Assembly (NCBI GenBank): GCA_016839945.1
Contig: JAEOTE010000057.1
Coordinates: 1-25,881, forward strand
Length of the DNA: 25,881 bases
Source: Candidatus Heimdallarchaeota archaeon
GTDB taxonomy: Archaea; Asgardarchaeota; Heimdallarchaeia; Heimdallarchaeales; Heimdallarchaeaceae
Reading direction: 5' to 3'
In this document: positions 8,812 through 17,292 of the stretch, piece by piece
Numbering within the stretch: position 1 is the stretch's first letter
How the letters are laid out: every line of letters begins with the position of its first letter
Made by a program: the position numbers and the translations under genes
Notes under the pieces: generated by a model
Database searches by the model: none
What the model saw: only the letters and a program-made list of their open reading frames with translations
Told to the model about the DNA's origin: nothing

Positions 8812-10608
8812 TTATAGTTCTAGATGATTTAGTTTTTCTTCTTTAGGGATTCCTTGAGCATCCCATCCTCTTAACTTATAGTATTCAATTTTAGCAGTTT
8901 CAAATCTAGCTTTATCAACAGATAATCCTTTGGCATCACCTTCAGGCATAATATCTTTGTAGAATCTTTTTGGAAGTATATCATCTTCAACTGTAATTCC
9001 TTCTCTTACATTGAATTTTCTTGTAAGATTCCATATTCTTTCTCCCACAGTAAGATAACTCTCAGGAGTATAAGAGAATCCTGTTGCTGAATTTAACATT
9101 TCTACCATTTCAGGTACATTGAAAGGTAAGAAATCACATAAGACTAAAGAAAAGCAAGTTGCTCTTTCATCTTGAGATTCTTTAACAAATTCAGGAACAC
9201 CTTCGAAGCTAAATCGCTTAAGATCTCCTCTTAGTTCAGCTCCTGGTGTCCAACATCGCTGGTGACACGCACCACGATCTGATGTTGAATAAGCTAGAGC
9301 CATTCCCCATGATCCTCGAGGTTCAACTCCTGCTAATTCATTTCCTTTTACTTGAATTGCGAAGTCCAATGAATCACGTCCAATCTCTGAAGCGGCTACT
9401 TTACTACCTTTAGCGAATATTTCACCTATTCCTTTTCTTTTAGCAATTAATTCTAGCATCTGAAGAATTGCTTCAGCATTGCCGAATTTTAAATTAGCAA
9501 CATCATCTTGTTTTAGATATCCTTTTTCTGCACACTCCATTGCAAAACTGATTGTTGCACCAGCTGAAATTGTGTCTATCCCTAGATCATCACACACTTG
9601 GCTAGCTTTAGCTACTGCAGCTAAATCATCAATTCCACAGTTTGAACCAAGTAAAGCTGTTGTTTCATATTCAGGACCTTCTACATCCAATCCTGCATAT
9701 TTCCCTTCTTTCCATTTATTCGCTTTTCCACAAGCTATTAGACAGTTGTAGCACGCTCTATGTGCATATGTGAAATTTTCTATCATATTTTCTCCTGAAA
9801 TAGATTCAGCATTTTCAAACACTCCACTCTGATAGTTTCTTGTGGGTAAAAATCCTCCTTCATTTGACATATTTACCCACATCATTGTTCCAATTTCATG
9901 TCTATGCTGGACACCTGGATTTTCGCGTACTTTTTCTCTGAAAACTTTTGTTAATTCTTTGAAATTATCATTCACAGCATCTATTTGCATGGATCCATCA
10001 GCAACAATTGCTTTCAGGTTTTTTGATCCCATAACAGCTCCTGATCCACCTCGTCCCGCCATATGTGATTTGTCAGTCATTACATTTGCATATGTGACCA
10101 GATTTTCACCAGCAGAACCTATTGAAGCTACTTCTGATTTAGGATGTTTTTCTTTGAGAATTTCTTCAGTTTCGAATGTTCCTTTTCCCCAGATATCATC
10201 TGCTGGTAGAATTTCTAGTTTTTCAGAAGAAACATGAAGATAGCATGGAGATTCAGCTTTCCCTCTTACAAGGACATAATCATATCCTGCTCTTTTTAAT
10301 CTATACCCAAATTTCCCACCTATATGACTATCTAGAAAAATACCTGTATGAGGAGATTTTGTAACTATACACCATCTCCCAGAAGTTACTACAGATGTTC
10401 CTGATAAAGGTCCTGTCATAAACAGGATAATATTTTCAGGAGAAAGTGGATCAATTCCTGGTTTGAGTTCATCATATAGTATTTTAGCTCCTAATCCTTT
10501 ACCACCAATATATTTCTCAGCTAGTTCAAGATCGAGCTTCTTTTCATGTATTTTACCTGATGATAAATCTACATCAAGGTATTTGTACATATAGCCCATT
10601 GATTTCAA
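8812..10608 (-). CDS. aor: Tungsten-dependent aldehyde:ferredoxin oxidoreductase family protein
   Basis: 'GGKGLG', 'KSP', 'AGRGGSGAVMGSKNLKAI', 4Fe-4S 'CYNCLIAC', 'EGPEYET', 'DDLGIDTIS', 'DRGACH', 'LCDF'. The TTG start overlaps the hom stop (TTGA). Confidence 0.93.
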   Translation of the reverse strand: MKSMGYMYKYLDVDLSSGKIHEKKLDLELAEKYIGGKGLGAKILYDELKPGIDPLSPENIILFMTGPLSGTSVVTSGRWCIVTKSPHTGIFLDSHIGGKFGYRLKRAGYDYVLVRGKAESPCYLHVSSEKLEILPADDIWGKGTFETEEILKEKHPKSEVASIGSAGENLVTYANVMTDKSHMAGRGGSGAVMGSKNLKAIVADGSMQIDAVNDNFKELTKVFREKVRENPGVQHRHEIGTMMWVNMSNEGGFLPTRNYQSGVFENAESISGENMIENFTYAHRACYNCLIACGKANKWKEGKYAGLDVEGPEYETTALLGSNCGIDDLAAVAKASQVCDDLGIDTISAGATISFAMECAEKGYLKQDDVANLKFGNAEAILQMLELIAKRKGIGEIFAKGSKVAASEIGRDSLDFAIQVKGNELAGVEPRGSWGMALAYSTSDRGACHQRCWTPGAELRGDLKRFSFEGVPEFVKESQDERATCFSLVLCDFLPFNVPEMVEMLNSATGFSYTPESYLTVGERIWNLTRKFNVREGITVEDDILPKRFYKDIMPEGDAKGLSVDKARFETAKIEYYKLRGWDAQGIPKEEKLNHLEL

Positions 10609-11645
10609 CTCTTTCCAAGAATTCTATTGATATCGAGAATATCTGTAAGTAATGCAAAACCTGTTGGAGCTTTCCCAGCACCTGGACCAACTATAGTAAC
10701 ATCATCAAGATATTTTGTTGAGTAAGTGAGAGCATTTGTAGGCCCCATTATGTTTGCTAAGGGATGTTCTAAAGGTATTTTTTCTGGTCTGACATAAGCT
10801 TCTACTGACCCATCAGCTTTTATTTCTGCTCCAGCAATTAGTTTCCATCTGTAACCTTCTTCTTTTGCTTTTGCAATATCATCAGCTGTAATTTTAGTTA
10901 TTCCTTCACAAGGTGGTTCATCTTTACCTAGTTTAGCTCCCATAACTGTATTAGCTAGGATTACAATTTTTCCTAATGCATCATACCCTTCTACATCAGC
11001 TGTAGGATCAGCTTCTGCATAACCTAATTCTTGAGCTTGTTTCAAGGCATCCTCATAGTCGAGTCCCTTCTCCATCTCTGTTAGAATATAATTTGTTGTC
11101 CCATTAACAATCCCTCTAGCTTTAGTTATTCCTGCTCCAGCAAGATTATAGAGACCTAAATTCAAAGCGGGAGTACCACTCAATACAGTTCCTTCATACC
11201 TCATTTCTACATCATTTTGTTTTGCTAAATCAAGTAATTCGCGAACAGCCAAAGCTATAGGTCCTTTGTTTGTAAGTACTACATGCTTCTTCTTATTTAT
11301 CGCAGTTTTTACATGAGTTATTGCAGGCTCTCCTGTTTTCAAATCAGTCCAGGCAACTTCTAAAATCATATTTGCATTTGTGTCAGTTATTGTTTTCAGA
11401 GAATCCCAGCCTTTAATCCCATCAGGATATTCTTCAATCTTCCCTGTTTCTTTAACAAGTTTCAGAAGTTCCTTTAAATCTAAACCATTTTCATCATAAA
11501 CAGAACCCTTAACGACATCTGAAATTGCTACTACTTTAAAATGAAAACTATAGTCTTTCTTTAATAGATCTTCTTGTTCAACTAAAATTTCAGCTAAACC
11601 TTGACCTACAACACCAAAGCCTATAAAGGCAATATTGAATACCAT
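10605..11645 (-). CDS. hom: Homoserine dehydrogenase, short form without ACT domain
   Basis: Rossmann GFGVVG, 'TNKGP', 'YEGTVLSGTP', 'GIVNGTTNYIL', catalytic 'AEADPTADVEGYDALGK', 'GPGAG'. GAGG RBS. Confidence 0.92.
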   Translation of the reverse strand: MVFNIAFIGFGVVGQGLAEILVEQEDLLKKDYSFHFKVVAISDVVKGSVYDENGLDLKELLKLVKETGKIEEYPDGIKGWDSLKTITDTNANMILEVAWTDLKTGEPAITHVKTAINKKKHVVLTNKGPIALAVRELLDLAKQNDVEMRYEGTVLSGTPALNLGLYNLAGAGITKARGIVNGTTNYILTEMEKGLDYEDALKQAQELGYAEADPTADVEGYDALGKIVILANTVMGAKLGKDEPPCEGITKITADDIAKAKEEGYRWKLIAGAEIKADGSVEAYVRPEKIPLEHPLANIMGPTNALTYSTKYLDDVTIVGPGAGKAPTGFALLTDILDINRILGKS

Positions 11646-11688
11646 ATTAATTCCTCAGTGTTTAATTAAATTTAGAATATAGTGCATG

Positions 11689-11696
11689 TTTATAAG
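11689..11696. promoter_or_regulatory. Putative shared TATA box (TTTATAAG on +, CTTATAAA on -) for the divergent hom and 2-TM genes
   Basis: TATA-like on both strands and about 43 nt from each proposed start codon; each start has its own RBS. Confidence 0.45.
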
Positions 11697-11738
11697 TTTG
11701 ATTACAAATAGACATCTAAGAAATTAACCAAGGCGATC

Positions 11739-12557
11739 ATTATATTAACTATAGGACCTCAAAAAGGAAAAGATAGACCTCCAAGAAATAAAATAATAGC
11801 ACTTCTGCTTTCAATTTTATGGGGTGTTTCAGGAATAACAACAGCGATTTTAGATTATAAGGATATTATAGATATAAGAGAAGTTATCAGATTACCTATT
11901 GGTTTTGTAATCCTCATTTTTGTCATAATCGGTTTTTTTGCTATCTTCACCCTTTATTCTATTTATGGAGTTATAAAGGAAATAAGGCATAATGCTAGAA
12001 CAAAAGACATAGTAACAGCTGAAGAAGTGTTCCAGGAAAAATATGGTGATGAATTAGAGATTCAAAAATCACCAGTTCTAGCACAATTAGTTGCATATCT
12101 TGAAGAGATTGGAGCTGTTAAAATTGTACAAACTCATGGATACATGCCCAAAGTTGAGTTCTTCTTTCCTTCTGATCACAAGTTTGATTCTTATCAAAAA
12201 ATAACAATGATTATTGAAAAAGAAAATGAACTAATACTTAACGCTGAGATAAAATACGAGTTCCCTTCATTTTTTAGTATAAGAAAAAGAGAGGAAATCG
12301 AAATCAAAAAGAAGAAAAGGAAACCTAAAGAAACACAACCATTCTTTGAAAAATATTTAGTAACATCAAATGATGAAAAATTTACAAGTAGAATAATAGA
12401 GGAAACTCTTATTGATGAAGTAGTTTCAGAAAAAGAAGCGCATCTTGAACAAATTTCTGTTCATGGAAACACACTTACTGCAGCTTTATCAAGTATTGAA
12501 TCAATTGAACTATTTTTCATTCTCATGTCTACAATAATGAATACTTATACTAGATAA
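11739..12557 (+). CDS. Membrane protein with 2 N-terminal TM helices and a soluble alpha/beta domain; probable ATT/ATA start (about 272 aa)
   Basis: The frame is open from 11712 (after TAG 11709-11711) to 12557. The roughly 96 codons upstream of the track GTG (12027) encode two hydrophobic segments ('IIALLLSILWGVSGITTAIL', 'LPIGFVILIFVIIGFFAIFTLYSIYGVI') and contain no ATG/GTG/TTG. RBS-like AGGCGA at 11731-11736. Confidence 0.7.
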   Translation: MILTIGPQKGKDRPPRNKIIALLLSILWGVSGITTAILDYKDIIDIREVIRLPIGFVILIFVIIGFFAIFTLYSIYGVIKEIRHNARTKDIVTAEEVFQEKYGDELEIQKSPVLAQLVAYLEEIGAVKIVQTHGYMPKVEFFFPSDHKFDSYQKITMIIEKENELILNAEIKYEFPSFFSIRKREEIEIKKKKRKPKETQPFFEKYLVTSNDEKFTSRIIEETLIDEVVSEKEAHLEQISVHGNTLTAALSSIESIELFFILMSTIMNTYTR

Positions 12558-12596
12558 GAAAAAAAGAAATAGCTGTAATCTATTATTACATTACGA

Positions 12597-13427
12597 ATGA
12601 TTATTGATGGACATGCTCACGCTATGGGAGAATTTGGTGATCCAGATTTACTTGTGAAACTTTTAGATAAACTTGGAGTAGATAAAGTGGTTTTATGCTC
12701 TGGAGGTTTTAACTCATCAGAAAGACCTAATGTACCAAAAATAAAGGAGAGTCGAATTGTAAAAAACCGACATTTAATCATGTTTTCTAATAGGTTTCTT
12801 CATTCACTTATCCATCTTAAAGGAGGAGTAAAGGAAAGCGATATTGGGAATGAACTTGTTTATTCTTTTAAACAGAAATATCCAGAGAGAATCATTCAAT
12901 ATTATTGGACAACTCCAAACCAGCAGAATATTTTAGAAAAACTTGAAAATGTAAGAACTTCAATGAAAATCGATGGTATTAAATTACATCAGTGTGTACT
13001 GAGATTTTCTAACTCAAGTTCAGGAATGGAGAAATTAGTAAAATATGCTGGAGAGTATCAATTACCAATTTTCATTCATCCATATTCTCCAAAAGAAATT
13101 AAGATACTCATACAGTTAGCGAAAAAATATTCTGATACAAAGTTTACAATAGCTCATTTAATGGGTTTAGAAATTATCGCTAGATATGGAAAAGAACTTG
13201 AAAATATATACTTTGACATTTCTCCTTATCATGTAATCTCAGAAAAAAGAATTTTCAGAGCTATTGATAAATTTGGGATTAAGAAGATAATTATGGGGTC
13301 TGATACTCCCATGGGAGAAAATAATTTAGAGAGAAACATAAAAAAAATAAGAAACTTGAATCTTTCCAAAAAAGATAAAGATTTGATTCTTGGGGATAAT
13401 ATTGCTAGACTTCTAAAAATTATATAA
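12597..13427 (+). CDS. Amidohydrolase_2 family TIM-barrel metallohydrolase
   Basis: 'IIDGHAH', 'GIKLH', 'PIFIHP', 'IAHL', 'YFDIS', 'GSDTP', 'ILGDNIARLL'. Confidence 0.88.
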   Translation: MIIDGHAHAMGEFGDPDLLVKLLDKLGVDKVVLCSGGFNSSERPNVPKIKESRIVKNRHLIMFSNRFLHSLIHLKGGVKESDIGNELVYSFKQKYPERIIQYYWTTPNQQNILEKLENVRTSMKIDGIKLHQCVLRFSNSSSGMEKLVKYAGEYQLPIFIHPYSPKEIKILIQLAKKYSDTKFTIAHLMGLEIIARYGKELENIYFDISPYHVISEKRIFRAIDKFGIKKIIMGSDTPMGENNLERNIKKIRNLNLSKKDKDLILGDNIARLLKII

Positions 13428-13437
13428 AAAAAGAAGT

Positions 13438-14598
13438 TTAGTCAAATGATTCTTTGATCTGTTTAACTGCTTGATTAATTGTCTCAACTGAGGTAGCATA
13501 TGAAAATCTAATATAACCTTCACCATTTGGACCAAATGATGAACCAGGGAGACAACACACATGAGCATTATAAAGAAGGTGATCAGCCATTTCTCTTGAA
13601 GACATTCCTGTTTTTTTAATGTTTGGGAAAGTGTAGAATGCTCCTTCAGGTGTTAAACAAGAGAAATTAGGAATACTATTCAAACCTTTAACAATAGCAT
13701 CTCTTCTTATCCTAAATAATCTCATCATTTCGAATAGTGGTTCTTGATCCCCTTTTAATGCAGTAATCCCTGCTTTTTGAACAAAAGAAGTAGTACAAGA
13801 AAGAGCATTAATCATAAGTAAACCCATCTTTTCAATAACATGTTGAGGTCCAATTATGTATCCTAGTCTCCAGCCAGTCATTGAATATGATTTCGAAAAT
13901 CCATCAAGAAGAATTGTTCTTTCTTTTGTTTCATCTCTAACAGTTACTGAATGAAATTCTGCATCATAAAGCATTTTGGAATAGATTTCATCTCCAAGAA
14001 CATATATCTCATGTTGTTCTGCTAATTCTGCAATTTTTTCTATTTCTTGCTTTGTCATAACAGAACCAGTAGGATTTTGGGGACTGTTTAATATAATTAA
14101 CTTAGTTTTTTCAGTAATTCTGTCTTCAATATCATCAGGATTCAATCTGAACTCATTTTCTTCTTTTAGAGCTATTGGGACATCTCCTGCATTTAGATAT
14201 TTTACAACAGAACCATAGGTTGGAAAACCTGGATCTGGATAAATTACTTCATCTCCAGGGTTTACTAATCCTAGCATGGTAAAAAATATTCCAGGTTTAG
14301 CTCCAGGGAGAATAAGTATTTGTTCAATATCTGGTTTGAAACCTCGAGAGAATTCAACTTCCTCTTGAATAGCTTGTTTTAATTCGAGTATTCCAGTAGC
14401 AGCAACATAGCCAGTAAAATTAGTTTTAATTGCATCATAAGCAGTTTCTTTGATATGTTCAGGAGTTGGAAAGTCAGGTTGCCCAATTTCAAAGTGAAGA
14501 ATCGTTTTTCCTTCTCTTTCCAAAGCTTGAGCTTTCGCTAGATACTCAAATGCACCTTCTCCGAGGATTTTATACATTCCACTAGCCATTTTTTTCAT
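13438..14598 (-). CDS. PLP-dependent class I/II (aspartate-type) aminotransferase
   Basis: 'GQPDFPTP', 'LNSPQNPTG', 'DEIY', PLP-lysine 'GFSKSYSMTGWRLGY', 'GYIRFSYA'. ATG at 14598 follows AGTGA; the track start is GTG at 14607. Confidence 0.93.
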   Translation of the reverse strand: MKKMASGMYKILGEGAFEYLAKAQALEREGKTILHFEIGQPDFPTPEHIKETAYDAIKTNFTGYVAATGILELKQAIQEEVEFSRGFKPDIEQILILPGAKPGIFFTMLGLVNPGDEVIYPDPGFPTYGSVVKYLNAGDVPIALKEENEFRLNPDDIEDRITEKTKLIILNSPQNPTGSVMTKQEIEKIAELAEQHEIYVLGDEIYSKMLYDAEFHSVTVRDETKERTILLDGFSKSYSMTGWRLGYIIGPQHVIEKMGLLMINALSCTTSFVQKAGITALKGDQEPLFEMMRLFRIRRDAIVKGLNSIPNFSCLTPEGAFYTFPNIKKTGMSSREMADHLLYNAHVCCLPGSSFGPNGEGYIRFSYATSVETINQAVKQIKESFD

Positions 14599-14617
14599 TT
14601 TATTCACTAGCTTGAAT

Positions 14618-15901
14618 TTATCTGTGATGTAGATTTCTTGCAGCTATGAAAGAGAGACCTTTTTCAGTCAGAGCTTTTGCTGTATCATTAATAGCAGTTT
14701 GTCTGTCAAGATAATTTAATTCTAAATGATGCCAAATACCTTCTTCATGGATTTGTTCTTTTGTTTTGAAGTAATCAAGTATATCAGTAGGATGTTCTCT
14801 AGCTTGATCTATTTCAACAGGACCACCTTCATGTTTGGCACTGATGTTTCGAACTTTAGGAGCTATCTCCAATAATTCTTGAGTTCTATCATAGGGTTGT
14901 CTAACTATTGATTTCTGAGTCTCTATAATATGATGTTCTAAGCGAATAACTTCTTCAAAATCAAAATAATTTCTAACATCTGAGCTTAGCTCAATAGTCC
15001 AATTGTTAACAGCATTTGAAAGGTTGAAACCAATTAATGGACTAGTTCCATCAGATCTAGAAAATAGTTTTGCAGTTAATATTGTCCAAAGAACACTGTA
15101 TGGATTGTCATTACCCATATAAACTGATATTTTGAACTCATTATTAACACCCAACTTGTAAAGCATATAACCTAATATGACGGTTCCAGGATTTATATTC
15201 AAAACTTCTTTGATACCATATTTTGTGTAGTAATAAAGAAACTCGTCTACCCACTTTAGAGCAAAATCATTAGGTTGACCAACACCACCAAAATAACCTG
15301 TAATTGTTGCAGGACCACCTAGATGAACATTTACTGGTAAACCATCTGGACCAGGTTGTGTTCCTTTTGTATCTAATGTTTCAACTCGTGAAGCTCCTAT
15401 GATATCCACAGCAGCTGTCATAGCTAATAAGTCACCATCTTTTTCCTGTTCACTCATATTCCTTACACGAATGATTCTTCCAGGTAGTAATTCTTTCTCT
15501 GCAATGGCTCTTTCTGCTCCTTTTATCAAGAATGGAAAATATTGACAAGCTGATAATTCAAGTGTTACAGCAAAGGAATCATCAAAAGTCATTCTATCAA
15601 TTGCGTTTCCTAGAATTTTTCTTTTATATTCGTTAACACTAATGAAAGACTCATTATCTCTCTGCTTGATTAACCATTCAAGATTATCAATATAATCTGG
15701 ATTTACATCTGCAAGCTTATCATAAATGGTTTCGAGTTTTCTAGCTTCTACGAATTTCTTGTTAATTTCATCTACTCCTCCATATTTATCTATTACATTT
15801 AATAGATCATTTATGAACGGATTATTTTCATCTAAAAGAAATTGTTGTATGGCATGGAAACTTTCCAATGAAATTTCTAATCTTTTTCTAATATCAGACA
15901 T
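14618..15901 (-). CDS. Hypothetical protein with enzyme-like motifs, probable (beta/alpha)8 barrel, 427 aa
   Basis: GGAGG RBS + ATG. Eight short beta-like segments alternate with helices (TLELS, IIRVR, VETLD, VLNIN, FKISV, IGFNL, RLEHH, ISAKHE). Gly-rich loop 'NVHLGGPATITGYFGGVGQPND'. Ends 10-19 nt upstream of the aminotransferase start. Confidence 0.8.
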   Translation of the reverse strand: MSDIRKRLEISLESFHAIQQFLLDENNPFINDLLNVIDKYGGVDEINKKFVEARKLETIYDKLADVNPDYIDNLEWLIKQRDNESFISVNEYKRKILGNAIDRMTFDDSFAVTLELSACQYFPFLIKGAERAIAEKELLPGRIIRVRNMSEQEKDGDLLAMTAAVDIIGASRVETLDTKGTQPGPDGLPVNVHLGGPATITGYFGGVGQPNDFALKWVDEFLYYYTKYGIKEVLNINPGTVILGYMLYKLGVNNEFKISVYMGNDNPYSVLWTILTAKLFSRSDGTSPLIGFNLSNAVNNWTIELSSDVRNYFDFEEVIRLEHHIIETQKSIVRQPYDRTQELLEIAPKVRNISAKHEGGPVEIDQAREHPTDILDYFKTKEQIHEEGIWHHLELNYLDRQTAINDTAKALTEKGLSFIAARNLHHR

Positions 15902-15997
15902 TTATTATCCTCCAAATCATTTGGATTATTTTTGAGTATATCTTTCTGACAACAAGATTAAGCTATTTTAAATATATCTCCAGAAGCTTTCTCAAAC

Positions 15998-16840
15998 CTA
16001 TTTTTTCTTCCTTATCTTTACTAAGGCTTCTTGAGCACTTTTCTGCACAAAAGGATTATCATCTTCTAGCAACTTTTCAAGAGGTTCCATTGAACTGACA
16101 TTGCCTATTATTCCTAGTATTTCAGCTGCATTTTGTTTAATGAACCAATCTTTGTCATGAGTAGCTACATGGAGTAAATCAATAACTTTAGATGAACCAA
16201 TTTTTCCCAATGCTTTAGCAGCACTAATTTTAACGTCATTATTTAAATCAATCATAAATAAATCGAAGAGAGGTTGAATTGCTTCTGAATCACCAATTTC
16301 ACCTAAAACCCATGCAGCTTTAGATCTTACATCCTTATCTTTATCCCCCAAGAAATTGAGTATTTTGAATAAATTAAGCTGCTCTAGTATTAGCAAATCT
16401 TCCCATTTCTCTTTTGCTATAATAGTAAGAACTTCTTCATCGATATTCTTTGGAATCCATCCTAAGTATTCCAAAACTACTGCTACTTCACTTCGTACTT
16501 CCCAGTTTTCATCCTCAAGTTTCCATACAAGTTCATTCATTGCGTCAAATGCATACATATCTCCAAGAGCTCTTGCAACACTTTTTCTGACTCTCCAATC
16601 ACTATCATCTAAAGCTTTAACTAACTCATCTAAAGCTTCTGTAGCTTCAATCTTCCCTAAAGCCCATGCTGCTCTACTCCTAACTTCAGAAGCTTCATCA
16701 AAAAGACACTTTATCAAAGAAGGTATAGCAGATTTATTATTACTATTATCAACTATGGAATTAATAGTAAAAACTCTAACATGAGGATCTTCATCTCTTA
16801 AACTCTCTAAGAGATATTCCATTTCGTCTTCATCAAGCAA
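15998..16840 (-). CDS. HEAT/PBS-lyase repeat protein, 280 aa
   Basis: Canonical repeats 'DEASEVRSRAAWALGKI', 'DSDWRVRKSVARALGDM', 'DKDKDVRSKAAWVLGEIG', 'DVKISAAKALGKIG'. Confidence 0.92.
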   Translation of the reverse strand: MLDEDEMEYLLESLRDEDPHVRVFTINSIVDNSNNKSAIPSLIKCLFDEASEVRSRAAWALGKIEATEALDELVKALDDSDWRVRKSVARALGDMYAFDAMNELVWKLEDENWEVRSEVAVVLEYLGWIPKNIDEEVLTIIAKEKWEDLLILEQLNLFKILNFLGDKDKDVRSKAAWVLGEIGDSEAIQPLFDLFMIDLNNDVKISAAKALGKIGSSKVIDLLHVATHDKDWFIKQNAAEILGIIGNVSSMEPLEKLLEDDNPFVQKSAQEALVKIRKKK

Positions 16841-16873
16841 CTATACCACTCTAAAATAATAGATAGTCAAAAT

Positions 16874-17185
16874 CTAATTAAAACATTCCCAATCTTCTAC
16901 AATAATCTGATATTCTCTGTAAACTTCTTCAGAAGTGTCTCCAGGTCTTTTAGATTTTCCTGAAACTTCTATGACTTTTCCTTTGATTCTTACTTTCTTC
17001 TCACATTTTATATTTTTTTTCGAATAGATTACAATCTGGCTTCCATCTTCTAAATCCAAATACCCAATATTGCTATATTCTTCATTATAATCAATAAGAT
17101 GCTGCCAAGGAGTATTGGAAATAATTCCAACTATAGAAATCTTATTTCCCACATTTTCAGATAATTTCACTGACATATTTGCCAT
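16874..17185 (-). CDS. Small OB-fold-like protein, 103 aa
   Basis: OB-fold strand pattern: 'VGNKISIVGII', 'YLDLEDGSQIVIY', 'KKVRIKGKV', 'YQIIVEDWE'. Confidence 0.6.
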   Translation of the reverse strand: MANMSVKLSENVGNKISIVGIISNTPWQHLIDYNEEYSNIGYLDLEDGSQIVIYSKKNIKCEKKVRIKGKVIEVSGKSKRPGDTSEEVYREYQIIVEDWECFN

Positions 17186-17292
17186 CTCTTTTAATTTTTT
17201 CTCAATTCTACGATAGAATCAACTAATTTTAATATTTGTACAAAAAAACTATTTTAAGAAGTCAGATAATTAAATCTATAGAGGTTATACAT

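Noticed and set aside
9479-10364. ORFs 9479-9751, 9842-10237 and 10176-10364 (+)
   Set aside because: Antisense to the highly conserved aor gene.
12555-12575. A-tract between two + strand genes, which would be a minus-strand U-tract terminator
   Set aside because: It could stop read-through antisense transcription, but A-runs are too common here to support a call.
15726-16784. ORFs 15726-15935 and 16356-16784 (+)
   Set aside because: Antisense to the 427-aa and HEAT genes; the Ser/Leu-rich composition is typical of reverse-frame artefacts.
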